IMG/VR virus record: IMGVR_UViG_3300045739_000092
Coordinates: 1-60,525 of that record
Reading direction: 5' to 3' (one strand)
DNA: 60,525 bases
Origin: a virus
Lineage: Duplodnaviria > Caudoviricetes
The notes below the pieces were generated by a model. The model ran no database searches and was not told the DNA's origin. It was given only the letters and a program-made list of their open reading frames with translations. This document shows positions 37,381 through 45,840 of this stretch, in pieces. Numbering within the stretch: position 1 is the stretch's first letter; each line of letters opens with the position of its first letter. The position numbers and the translations under genes were made by a program.

Positions 37381-37575
37381 TCACGATGTATAGGGCACTT
37401 CTTCCTGTGTCTCCGGGTCGTGGCGGTATGCCGGCTTGTAGATTTCTTCCCATCCCTCTCGACAGTCCAAGCATCGAACCTGCTGGACAACCGCATAGTC
37501 GTCTATCTCAAGATCGCCGCCCTCGATATCGTTGCTTCCACAGTATGGGCACCGATACCACGGTGTGATTTCCAT
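37381..37575 (-). CDS. Zinc-ribbon protein
   Basis: CPYC...CLDC; GAGG RBS. Confidence 0.65.
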   Translation of the reverse strand: MEITPWYRCPYCGSNDIEGGDLEIDDYAVVQQVRCLDCREGWEEIYKPAYRHDPETQEEVPYTS

Positions 37576-37577
37576 GC

Positions 37578-38339
37578 CTACTTCCTCCCCTTCACGAAAC
37601 AACGACCGCAGATCGCCGTACCGTCGTCGTTGAACGTCACTGTCTCGGGGTGCTCGGAGCAAACCTCTGTCCGCTTCGCCCATCCCTCTTTGCCGTACTC
37701 GCGCTCTCGGTAGAAGGTGCGATAACGCTGCAGGTAGGTCTTCTCGTCTTTGCAGTGTGCGATCACTGCCGAGATCGTGGCGTGGCACCCACTGAGCACC
37801 CACTTCTTGCGTGGCGTCCAGTCCTCCGCCATTCTTGGAAGATGGCAGAAGTGCAGTGGTGGGAGCTCGCCCAAGAGCATGTACGCCTCGGCGATATCTT
37901 CGGTGAGATCCATCCCCCCGCCGGTGAGAGCCAGGTGCGGTTTGTCATCCAGCATGATGATGCAGACGGCGCCTCCCCGAGCGTAGAGAATCGCTTGGGC
38001 GTCTTCGGGCTCGACGCGAGTGTCAATCGGATAGGCGTAGTTCATGACGGGCTCGCCGACCAGGGTGCCGGTGTCTAGGAAGGCTTCGGAGATCTCAAAG
38101 CTCTCGGGCTCTGGATCGTCGGGGAGTCGGTCGCCGAAGGCTTCGTCAACGACGCGGGCTCGCTCGCCGGCCGTGAGCGCGTCCCAGTTGGCACCAACGA
38201 GCTCGACGCGCCCATTGGGGTCGATGTCGACATAGCCAGCTTCGGACCAATCGACGTGGATAGGTTGGCAGAACAAGTTCCGCCGGTGCATTTGTGTCGG
38301 ATTCATTCGTCCGGGCTTCGCGGTTTCCTTTACCGCCAT
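37578..38339 (-). CDS. Hypothetical protein
   Basis: 253 aa; LALTGGGMDL motif; C-terminal CxxH..CxxC. Confidence 0.65.
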   Translation of the reverse strand: MAVKETAKPGRMNPTQMHRRNLFCQPIHVDWSEAGYVDIDPNGRVELVGANWDALTAGERARVVDEAFGDRLPDDPEPESFEISEAFLDTGTLVGEPVMNYAYPIDTRVEPEDAQAILYARGGAVCIIMLDDKPHLALTGGGMDLTEDIAEAYMLLGELPPLHFCHLPRMAEDWTPRKKWVLSGCHATISAVIAHCKDEKTYLQRYRTFYREREYGKEGWAKRTEVCSEHPETVTFNDDGTAICGRCFVKGRK

Positions 38340-38340
38340 T

Positions 38341-38607
38341 TCATCTCTCCTTTCCGGGTTTCAGTGTTTCGTATGGGTTGCCCGGCACCATGAGAGCGAA
38401 GGGGGTCATGTGATACTCGCTCCCATCGAACACGATGGCCGTGACAACGGCCACTCGCGTGCCTGCAGGAATGTCAACGGCCAGCTCGCATTCCAGTAGT
38501 CCTTGAGCTCCGTCCCCGAAGACTTTCTCCAGGGTTTGGAAGTTCTTCTTCTCAGCTCTTGTCAACAACGCGTGTCCCCTTTCTGGCCGCTTCTGAGCAT
38601 TCGGCAC
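38341..38607 (-). CDS. Hypothetical protein (start uncertain)
   Basis: Operon packing. Confidence 0.55.
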   Translation of the reverse strand: MPNAQKRPERGHALLTRAEKKNFQTLEKVFGDGAQGLLECELAVDIPAGTRVAVVTAIVFDGSEYHMTPFALMVPGNPYETLKPGKER

Positions 38608-38821
38608 ACGGACATAGCTGCCCAGGTGCGAGCTCGTCGGCTGGATCTACTTCGATTCTGTACTTCGGTCTTGGGGTCACTCCCCACCATGCCGCGGACC
38701 ACGTAGTTAGGTGCGCGTTTAGTAGGGCGAGCTCCACTTCCTCATCGGTGCCGGCGAGAGGTCCGGTGATCCAGTGAACGGTGACGAAAGTTCCGTGCCG
38801 GTAGCGTTTGGCAGTGGTCAT
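38552..38821 (-). CDS. Hypothetical protein with CxCxxC
   Basis: GAAAGGAA RBS. Confidence 0.55.
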   Translation of the reverse strand: MTTAKRYRHGTFVTVHWITGPLAGTDEEVELALLNAHLTTWSAAWWGVTPRPKYRIEVDPADELAPGQLCPCAECSEAARKGTRVVDKS

Positions 38822-38846
38822 TTCGTCGTTCCTTTCTCTACGGTCC

Positions 38847-39035
38847 TCAGACATATTCCACTTTGGTGATGTCGGTGCGGAGCTCACCACACTCACACCA
38901 ATATTCGGTTTCCGATTCACTCTCTCCCGAACTGGCGGAGCTCAGCTCGATTACCAGGGTGTCTCCATCCCAGTGGGTATCGTGTTTGTAGGGCACGTTC
39001 CACCATGCAAAGACTTCATGTCCTTCATGCATCAT
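38847..39035 (-). CDS. Hypothetical protein flanked by direct repeats
   Basis: Same GAAAGGAACGACGAAATG start as next gene. Confidence 0.55.
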   Translation of the reverse strand: MMHEGHEVFAWWNVPYKHDTHWDGDTLVIELSSASSGESESETEYWCECGELRTDITKVEYV

Positions 39036-39067
39036 TTCGTCGTTCCTTTCCCTGCGTTTGGCAGTGG

Positions 39068-39769
39068 TCATTGGTCCCGCCACGTAGCGAGTAGGTCGTC
39101 GTCGCGGGCACTAGCGATTCTCTCTACGGTGTCCGCTGCGGACGCCAGAGCTTCCCCGATGAGGTCGCAATCCCAAACGATTGACTCGGCGATGTATCGG
39201 GCCCGCGCGGTTGGGGTGTCTCTTGGATCTGGATCCAATCCCCCTATCGAACTTGCTCCCACTTCGGCGCCGGCGTAGTAGACCGTGACGTCGGCCACGT
39301 AGCTTTCGCCACTTGCCACCACCCATTGCTGACTACGTACCGCTTCGGTGATTCGTTCTTGGATTCGTCCTCGCGACATTCCAGCTTTGCGGTAGTAGTC
39401 CTCTAGGCCGTCAAGACCGCTGGGCACGAACCAATCGGGGAGCTCGCTCGGATTGTGTTGCGTGTAGCCTGCGAGCGGGGGTCCCACTTCGGGCAGTCGT
39501 GGCACGGCGCCCGGTTCCCACTTGTGGGAGAACTCCCCGGCGTAGCTGAGATCTGGATTGAGATCCCTCTCCACGCGGATCGTTACGGTGGTGCCGGCGA
39601 TTTCGAGGATGGTGGCGCGCCCGGTGCCGATGTCCGAAGCGATGGCGTCGACCCATTCGCGTTCGGTGTCGGTGCGCTTGTCTTCGGTGCGTGCCCAACG
39701 GAGCCGTGTCCCCGCCGGCGCGTCTGGGTAGGTCTTGGCGTATTCGTGAGCTCTTGCGATGGTGGTCAT
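39068..39769 (-). CDS. Hypothetical protein
   Basis: ATGA overlap start. Confidence 0.6.
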   Translation of the reverse strand: MTTIARAHEYAKTYPDAPAGTRLRWARTEDKRTDTEREWVDAIASDIGTGRATILEIAGTTVTIRVERDLNPDLSYAGEFSHKWEPGAVPRLPEVGPPLAGYTQHNPSELPDWFVPSGLDGLEDYYRKAGMSRGRIQERITEAVRSQQWVVASGESYVADVTVYYAGAEVGASSIGGLDPDPRDTPTARARYIAESIVWDCDLIGEALASAADTVERIASARDDDLLATWRDQ

Positions 39770-40098
39770 GACGCCTCGCAGTCGTGCCCGTAGGCCCATT
39801 CTCCGGCGTCGGTGCCGTCGTTTAGGTCGAAGATCCGTCCGCATTCGGGACACTTGACCATCATGTGATTCCCCTTTCCGGTTGTCGTTAGCCAATCGGC
39901 GACTTGCGGCCAGAGGTAGACCCCACCGCGCGACGACCCGACTACCTTCGCGGGGAAGGGTGTCGGGCAGTGGTGGCAACCCTGGCACATTGGATCTTTG
40001 GCGTAGCGGGCGATCCAGTTAGATACTGCCGCTGAGGTGACGCCGGCGCGCTTTGCAATCTCGGTGATCGTCACAAGGTCGTCTGTGTTGACTATCAC
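39766..40098 (-). CDS. AlpA-like HTH protein fused in frame to a CxxC micro-gene with its own RBS (39864)
   Basis: LVTITEIAKRAGVTSAAVSNW; internal AAAGGGGAATCAC-ATG. Confidence 0.7.
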   Translation of the reverse strand: MIVNTDDLVTITEIAKRAGVTSAAVSNWIARYAKDPMCQGCHHCPTPFPAKVVGSSRGGVYLWPQVADWLTTTGKGNHMMVKCPECGRIFDLNDGTDAGEWAYGHDCEAS

Positions 40099-40283
40099 CG
40101 ACTCGCCCTTCCCCGATCAGCAACCCCGACCGATACGAAGGCATTTAGGGGGAAGAGGTAGAAGATAGCCTCTTGAGCTAGGTCCGGGTAGGCCACGATC
40201 TCCACTTTGTCCCTGTGGTGGCGAACTGCCACGACGGGGACACCTCGAAGTGTGTCGCCCGGCTTCACGAATCCAGCTCGCAT
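40095..40283 (-). CDS. Hypothetical protein
   Basis: VKPGD motif; operon packing. Confidence 0.45.
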   Translation of the reverse strand: MRAGFVKPGDTLRGVPVVAVRHHRDKVEIVAYPDLAQEAIFYLFPLNAFVSVGVADRGRASR

Positions 40284-40297
40284 CTTGACGGTGCCCC

Positions 40298-40510
40298 TCA
40301 CTTGCCCGCTCCCCGCTTCCACGCCGCGAAGTTCCGCCGGCGCGTTCGCTCTCTCTCAACCCCGTCCCACCATCGCGCCGGTAGTGCATGTGGAGGCCAT
40401 TGGTCACAGGTGATCGCGTGCTCGGTGAGCTCCGAGAACGCTAGGTGACTTGACCCCATTACGCGCCCGGTTGCGTAGTTCTCATTGGCGTCGGTGCATG
40501 TGAATGCCAT
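40298..40510 (-). CDS. Hypothetical protein
   Basis: TAATG coupling. Confidence 0.45.
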   Translation of the reverse strand: MAFTCTDANENYATGRVMGSSHLAFSELTEHAITCDQWPPHALPARWWDGVERERTRRRNFAAWKRGAGK

Positions 40511-40746
40511 TAGGAACCTCTCTCGGATTGCAGCTTCCGTAGGGCAGTGTCGATGTGGGCATCGGTGTAGTTCCACTCATATGGGAATGGCATTCGGCCG
40601 GCGTCGACCGCGTCCCACATCGCGTCCCACCGATACCGCATCGGGCAATCGTGCCGAGATCCGATGCGATCGTGATTGCATTCACCGTGCATTGGCGCCG
40701 TTATGGCACGTCGCATGATGTTTAGGTGTGCATCGGTGATCTTCAC
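40510..40746 (-). CDS. Hypothetical protein
   Basis: RYRWD...Y.D.HIDTALRK motif; AAAGGGGG RBS. Confidence 0.6.
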   Translation of the reverse strand: MKITDAHLNIMRRAITAPMHGECNHDRIGSRHDCPMRYRWDAMWDAVDAGRMPFPYEWNYTDAHIDTALRKLQSERGS

Positions 40747-41018
40747 AGATCCCCCTTTCGCGCGACGTCGGTGACCGACTTGACCAACGTGACGTCGGGG
40801 TGTGTGTCCACGTACTGCCACAACGGTTCACCGGTGTAGTCGGGGAGCTTGCCGGCGTCGGCGAGGATTTCGGCGCCCGTCACCAACCATTGGTCCCCGT
40901 AACCGTAGGTCATTGGGGATTTGCCGACTAGCTCCCCGTCCGCGTAGGCGACGGTTGTGTGGTAGGTATTGCCGCCGGTGCGGTCGAACCACCGTCGACC
41001 CAAGATCGTCAAGACCAT
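40743..41018 (-). CDS. Hypothetical early protein
   Basis: RWFDR..GNTYH...YGYGDQ motif; AAAGGGG RBS. Confidence 0.7.
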   Translation of the reverse strand: MVLTILGRRWFDRTGGNTYHTTVAYADGELVGKSPMTYGYGDQWLVTGAEILADAGKLPDYTGEPLWQYVDTHPDVTLVKSVTDVARKGDL

Positions 41019-41071
41019 TTACGTATTCCCCTTTCTCTGAGTCGCATTATGGCAAAGAATGGCGAAGGTTG

Positions 41072-41863
41072 TCAAGTGATTTCTCGGTCGGCGATCAGAC
41101 GCCGGCGGAGGTAGCGGCGAACCTCTCGCCGAATGTCGCCGCCACCGCGCTTCCCCGTGGCGAGGGCTTGCAAGTCGACTCCCGCTACCAACGCAGGGTG
41201 CGGATACCTATCCGCGTACGCGTTTCGTATTAGGGATTGCATGTAATACCTCTCGGCCAGGTGTGACCGAAGGTGGTCCGTGTTGCCGATTTCGTCGCCG
41301 AGAGGTTTCCCGCTGCCGGTGTCGCGTAGTAGGCAGTAGAAACAATCCCCCGCCGGCGCGCTTGCCAAGATCTCACCCGCCGTGGTGGCGTCGATCCCCT
41401 TCACGTAATCCGCGATGAGTCGTTCCGTGGCCGCGTTCTCAGCGTCGATGGTGTCGAAGTTGGGCGCGTCTTCGGGATTGGTCACGGTGCCGGCGTCGGC
41501 GTCGACCGTCATGCCGTCGAAGTATTCCACGTGCCTACCGTGGTCGAAGTCGCTTGACTCGCCGGCGTCGCCGATCCGGGCGAACCATTTGCCCGCACGC
41601 GAGTACACGTAGAAACCGATTGGGGTGAATCGGTTTATGCGGTCTTTCGTGGTGACGGTGCGGTATCCACCGCTATCGACCGTGAAGCTGCCGCCGGTGT
41701 GGTGGGTCACAACGTCGGTAGCGTGAAGTTGCACCGCGATGTCGGTGGATCCCCGGCGAACTAGGCGCGTATTACGTGCCACGATTCGACTGTGCATTCT
41801 GGCGCCGGTGCCGCGATGGTGTAAGGCGGCGTCGGCGTCGGTGTACGTTCTCGGGTCGGTCAT
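41072..41863 (-). CDS. Hypothetical early protein
   Basis: LHATDV...SGGYRTVTTKDRIN motif; AAAGGGG RBS. Confidence 0.7.
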   Translation of the reverse strand: MTDPRTYTDADAALHHRGTGARMHSRIVARNTRLVRRGSTDIAVQLHATDVVTHHTGGSFTVDSGGYRTVTTKDRINRFTPIGFYVYSRAGKWFARIGDAGESSDFDHGRHVEYFDGMTVDADAGTVTNPEDAPNFDTIDAENAATERLIADYVKGIDATTAGEILASAPAGDCFYCLLRDTGSGKPLGDEIGNTDHLRSHLAERYYMQSLIRNAYADRYPHPALVAGVDLQALATGKRGGGDIRREVRRYLRRRLIADREIT

Positions 41864-41878
41864 GTATTCCCCTTTCAC

Positions 41879-42043
41879 TTAGGTGTCGTCGGTTGCACGG
41901 TTGTCGGTAGGATCTTTGCCGGCGTCTTCCGGCGTCTTCCCCGTGGCGCCGTCGAAGTACCGTTGGTGCCGAATGCAATAAAGCTCCCCGTCACCGGTGG
42001 CACGGTTGTCGGTAGGGCATTCGCGGTGGTCGGTCGTTCTCAT
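41879..42043 (-). CDS. Small hypothetical protein with duplicated PTDNRAT
   Basis: ATGA overlap. Confidence 0.45.
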   Translation of the reverse strand: MRTTDHRECPTDNRATGDGELYCIRHQRYFDGATGKTPEDAGKDPTDNRATDDT

Positions 42044-42228
42044 GACGTGCACCCTTCGTCGTCGTGGTCTTTCGCGTTGGCGCGCATACGGCGCCGAATG
42101 GCGTCGATAGCGTCGCCGTATTGGCGCCACGGTGCACCGACTAGCCTTGCCGCTTCACGTCGGTTGGCGAGTATGCGGATTTCGCCGGCCAGCTCCCGGC
42201 CGAGTCGCTTGTGGGCACAATCGGTCAT
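42040..42228 (-). CDS. Hypothetical protein
   Basis: ATGA overlaps both sides. Confidence 0.5.
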   Translation of the reverse strand: MTDCAHKRLGRELAGEIRILANRREAARLVGAPWRQYGDAIDAIRRRMRANAKDHDDEGCTS

Positions 42229-42431
42229 GGTGTCACCAACGTGCCGAAACCTTCCAGCATCGCCGGAAGACCATCGCGGCTAGGTCGATAGACCATCACG
42301 TGCACGGATCCGCGCGGATTCACCGCCACCCGCCCGGCGGCGAAGTTTCGCGCGTCGACCAACGTGACGTGCCCGTGCCATTCGAGTTGTCCGGTGCGAT
42401 ACCGGGTGCACGTGGAATAGTTCGCGGTCAT
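42225..42431 (-). CDS. Hypothetical protein
   Basis: AAAGGGG RBS, ATGA overlap. Confidence 0.55.
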   Translation of the reverse strand: MTANYSTCTRYRTGQLEWHGHVTLVDARNFAAGRVAVNPRGSVHVMVYRPSRDGLPAMLEGFGTLVTP

Positions 42432-42586
42432 GTAATCCCCTTTCTAGGTCGTGGTCGATAGGTGTCCGTCCGCCGGTGTCCGCAATACGCGCACCGGCGA
42501 ACGGTGACAAGTTTCTCCCGGCGGATGTCTAGACCTTGTGGGGTCCACCGGTGACGGTTGGCGACGGTGCACGGTTGTCGCTTCAC
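42428..42586 (-). CDS. Small Cys/His protein
   Basis: C....H.W...CAYC; GTGA overlap. Confidence 0.5.
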   Translation of the reverse strand: MKRQPCTVANRHRWTPQGLDIRREKLVTVRRCAYCGHRRTDTYRPRPRKGIT

Positions 42587-42708
42587 GGTGCCACCGATAC
42601 TGCCGGCGCCGTGGTGGTCGGTGCCGGCGGTGCACAATCGGTCGATAGGCCGGCGCCGACGATGGCGATGAGAACGACGGCGGCGACGTTACGCGCGAGT
42701 CGCTTCAC
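42583..42708 (-). CDS. 41 aa secreted/lipoprotein-like micro-protein flanked by 19 bp direct repeats
   Basis: MKRLARNVAAVVLIAIVGAGLSTDCAPPAPTTTAPAVSVAP. Confidence 0.5.
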   Translation of the reverse strand: MKRLARNVAAVVLIAIVGAGLSTDCAPPAPTTTAPAVSVAP

Positions 42709-43517
42709 GGTGCCACCATCGGTGCCGGCGCGTATGGGCGAATGACGCCGGCGTCGGTGTCGAAGTATCCGCCGTGCACCGAGTAACCGTTGGGCCGTAT
42801 CACCACGGTGAGCGTTGTCGCGACTTCGCGTGTATTGGGGTCGATCACGTTAGACCACTGTGTAAACCCGTGATCCCTCACGCGTTCTATTACGGCCGTG
42901 GTGTCGCCGGCGCCGGCGCGTTCCCACGCGGCGCCGTAGTCGGTGCACGTGACAATGGTGCGGGGAAGCCTTAGGGCACCGAGAAGGGTTTCGGCGTGAG
43001 CAAGTCTGGCGCCGAAGAGTATGTGCACGTCGACGTCGGCGAAGTATTGCCGGCGAAAGTCTTTCGGCAAGTGGTCGGTACGACCTATGTGGTCGGGGAG
43101 TCGGTGTCGGCCAGTGGTATAGGCGACTTCCGTGCCGGTGCCGTCGCACCCTCTACAGGGTATTAGCACCGGATAGGAACGTTGCCGGCCGGTGCCGTTG
43201 CAAGTGGCGCGTCCAGCGTAATCCTGGCACGGTTTCGCGGTTCCACGCGTCTTCCCCGACTTCGCCGAAGAGGGTGAACGGTAGGCTTCCCCCGACTTTC
43301 GGGTAATGCCGTACCCTTTGCACCGCGTGCACGTGACGACTTCGCCAACGTGCCGTGAGGCGTCTAGTTGGTACTCCGCCGGCGGGGAGTCGGTAGGACC
43401 GTATCGGTTGGCGTCGGTGTCGTTGCCGATTCCCCCACAATCGGTGCATGGCACTAGAGGGTAATCGGGGAGCTCATCGGTGATCGGCGCCGGCGCCGGC
43501 GTCGCGTTGTCGGTCAT
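42705..43517 (-). CDS. DnaJ-type zinc-finger (CxxCxGxG repeat) protein
   Basis: CTDCGGIG, CTRCKGYG, TCNGTG, CRGCDGTG. Confidence 0.7.
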   Translation of the reverse strand: MTDNATPAPAPITDELPDYPLVPCTDCGGIGNDTDANRYGPTDSPPAEYQLDASRHVGEVVTCTRCKGYGITRKSGEAYRSPSSAKSGKTRGTAKPCQDYAGRATCNGTGRQRSYPVLIPCRGCDGTGTEVAYTTGRHRLPDHIGRTDHLPKDFRRQYFADVDVHILFGARLAHAETLLGALRLPRTIVTCTDYGAAWERAGAGDTTAVIERVRDHGFTQWSNVIDPNTREVATTLTVVIRPNGYSVHGGYFDTDAGVIRPYAPAPMVAP

Positions 43518-43756
43518 GGTGTAGCCTTTCGTCGGTGGCGAAGGGTGAAGCGCTCGGCGTGTGGCGCGCATAGCTCACACTGCCGGCACGTATCGGTTGG
43601 TCGATAGGTGCCACGGAACAACAACGCGTACACGCACGCCGGCGAACACAGGCAACCGATGCACCTATTGCACGTGCACCCTAAGCCTTGTGCCGGAGAA
43701 CGTCGGCCGTGCCAGACGTCGCCGGTGGTGGTGGTGGTGGTGTCGGTGTCGGTCAT
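43514..43756 (-). CDS. Cys-rich hypothetical protein
   Basis: ATGA overlaps. Confidence 0.5.
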   Translation of the reverse strand: MTDTDTTTTTTGDVWHGRRSPAQGLGCTCNRCIGCLCSPACVYALLFRGTYRPTDTCRQCELCAPHAERFTLRHRRKATP

Positions 43757-44226
43757 GACGTCACCAAACCGGCGGCATCGGTGAAGCGCTCGGCGTCGAA
43801 CGTGTCGTTAGTGCCGGCAAGAACCTCCGCGAATCGTTCCACCAATCGCCGATGCCAGTCGGTGCCGGCGAAGTCGGCAAGGGTGCCGGCGATGAGCTCG
43901 AAGTGTTGGCGCGTCATGTTCGCCGGCGCCGGATCCGTCGGCCGTGACCATATCGGCCGATGGTCGGTCATGTACTGTGCACACTCACAGTCGGTGAGTA
44001 GGCCGCAGTAATGTTGCACCGCGTAGACTTCCCACAGGCTGCCGGCGCCGGGTCCATCGTTCGCCCATTCGGCGCCGAAGCGCGCAAGGGTGGCGTCGAC
44101 GTGTTCGCCGATAGGAACATCGCCGGCGAAAGCTTTGCCGTCTTCGTCGACGCACCATGTTTCCTCCGCGCCACCATCGCACACAAGCTGTAGCTCGGTG
44201 CAAGTGTTCGTCGGTGATCTAGTCAT
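43753..44226 (-). CDS. Hypothetical protein with C-terminal MTRQHFELIA...N..FD.ERF domain
   Basis: GGAGAG RBS; recognisable small-phage-protein motif. Confidence 0.6.
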   Translation of the reverse strand: MTRSPTNTCTELQLVCDGGAEETWCVDEDGKAFAGDVPIGEHVDATLARFGAEWANDGPGAGSLWEVYAVQHYCGLLTDCECAQYMTDHRPIWSRPTDPAPANMTRQHFELIAGTLADFAGTDWHRRLVERFAEVLAGTNDTFDAERFTDAAGLVTS

Positions 44227-44280
44227 GCCGTCACACTCTCCCTACTAGTTCGGTCGCCGGCGGAATGCCGACAACATCGG

Positions 44281-44995
44281 TAAGGGTGGAACGATCAGAC
44301 GCGCCGGAGTAGATAGGTGAGTGTTGGCGCCGGAGTGTTCCACCCTTGCCGATGGCGTCGGTATCGGTGGCGTCGGTCATGGCGCCTAATCTACGGCAAA
44401 GGGTGGCACAATGCAAGTAGAAAGATTTCGCGAAGATTTCGCCGGCGAAGGGTGGAAGGGTGGAAGGGTGGAAGGGTGGAAGGGTGGAAGGGTGCCAGGA
44501 TCTAGGCCGAAAGTCGGCGAAGGGTGAAGACGCCGACGCCGAAAGGGTGAAGACTGCCGGCAAGGGTGAGAATGCCGGCGAAGTCGAAAGGGTGGCGAAA
44601 GGGTGAAGGGTGGAGTGTGGTCGTCGCCACCCTTCCACCCTTACGGCATAGGAAGGGTGAAGGGTGAAGGGTGCCGGCGTCGCTGACTGTGAGCGCGTCG
44701 CCGGCGTGAGAATGGCGAAGGGTGAAGGGTGAAGGGTGGAGGGTGACGACTACAGGGTGAAGGGTGACCGATGCCGGCGAAGGGTGAAGGGTGGCGATGG
44801 CGTCGACGTTGCCGGCGCCGAATCCACGATGATCGGCGAAGGGTGGAAGGGTGCCGGCGAAGGGTGACGACTACAGGGTGAAGGGTGAAGGGTGGAAGAC
44901 GTCGCCGGCGTGGAAGGGTGGAAGGGTGAAGGGTGAAGACGCTAGCGGAGAGTAGGGGCACCCCCACCGAGGGTGGTCGACCCCACACAGGGTGG
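44281..44995 (+). repeat. GAAGGGT(G) short-repeat field at early/late divergence
   Basis: Six tandem GAAGGGTG at 44447-44494 and roughly 30 or more AGGGTG cores, nearly all on one strand. Confidence 0.95.
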
Positions 44996-45314
44996 TAGGA
45001 GTCCCACGCTACAACAACCCTGAACCCTTTTCGCCACTCTTTGCCATATTTCTGACTCAAGTTGCTAACTTGCTCGTTTGTTGGCACAACCCATCGAGTG
45101 TTTACACGCGTTCCCTTGTGCGGGGAGCGGGGTTCAGCCCCCCTCCTACGAGCAGCCGGTTGTGCTCCCGCAGTTGAGACAGGTGTGACAGCTTCCGGTA
45201 CGGATCAAGAGGCCACCGCAGGTTCCGCAGACCATGACTTTCCTTTCAGCGAGGGGGCAGGAATCCTACTCGCCGGTCTTGGGACGCCGAATGAAAGGTT
45301 GTTAGCATGTTCGC

Positions 45315-45479
45315 ATGGACGACAAGCCCCCCGTCGCCGACAGGACGAAGACCCTGACGGCTCGGGTGACGCCCGAACTCCACAAACAGGTCAAGTTGGC
45401 CGCTATCGAGGCCGACCTGTCGATGGAGGACTTCGTGAGAAGGGCGGTCAGCGAGAAGATGGCTCGCAAGAGGTCGTAA
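45315..45479 (+). CDS. 54 aa ribbon-helix-helix protein (not in ORF track)
   Basis: MDDKPPVADRTKTLTARVTPELHKQVKLAAIEADLSMEDFVRRAVSEKMARKRS; TAGCAT -10 six nt upstream. Confidence 0.75.
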   Translation: MDDKPPVADRTKTLTARVTPELHKQVKLAAIEADLSMEDFVRRAVSEKMARKRS

Positions 45480-45730
45480 TGGACGAAGCCGCGCTCCGTT
45501 TCGTGACCGTATTCAGCATCACGGTCATGATCGCCATCGCTCTGACCTTCCTGGGGATCGCTTTCTGGTTCCGCGACTACCACAACGGCCTCGAGAGCGA
45601 CAACAAGGAGCTCACCAAGCTCAATCGCGACCTCAAGAGGGAGAACGTGGCTCTTCTGGTCGAGAACAACCGCCTCCGCGACGAGTACATGACGATCCGG
45701 GCCAGATTCCACAAGATTCAAGGCCGATAG
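45479..45730 (+). CDS. TM plus coiled-coil protein
   Basis: TAATG coupling; hydrophobic helix then heptads. Confidence 0.65.
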   Translation: MDEAALRFVTVFSITVMIAIALTFLGIAFWFRDYHNGLESDNKELTKLNRDLKRENVALLVENNRLRDEYMTIRARFHKIQGR

Positions 45731-45768
45731 CCGCTTCTATAGCGGACTCGCTATAGTTCTGCCTACAC

Positions 45769-45840
45769 CGCGGGGTGGAGCAGAGGCAGCTCGCTTGGCT
45801 CATAACCAGGAGGTCGGGGGTTCGAGTCCCCTCCCCGCTA
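45769..45840 (+). tRNA. tRNA-Met(CAT), initiator-like, no encoded CCA
   Basis: Cloverleaf: CGCGGGG/CCCCGCT acceptor with C1:U72 mismatch, A11-U24, loop CTCATAA, TTCGAGT T-loop. Confidence 0.9.

Noticed and set aside
44231-45087. ORFs 44231-44638 and 44641-45087
   Set aside because: Translations (HPSTLPPF, FTLHPSP) simply read the DNA repeat; only 44231-44380 might be a real small gene.
45062-45478. N-terminal extension of the 222 aa ORF, and a possible ncRNA at 45100-45300
   Set aside because: Better explained by the RHH gene at 45315 and a start at 45479; small hairpins upstream match no RNA family I can recognise.
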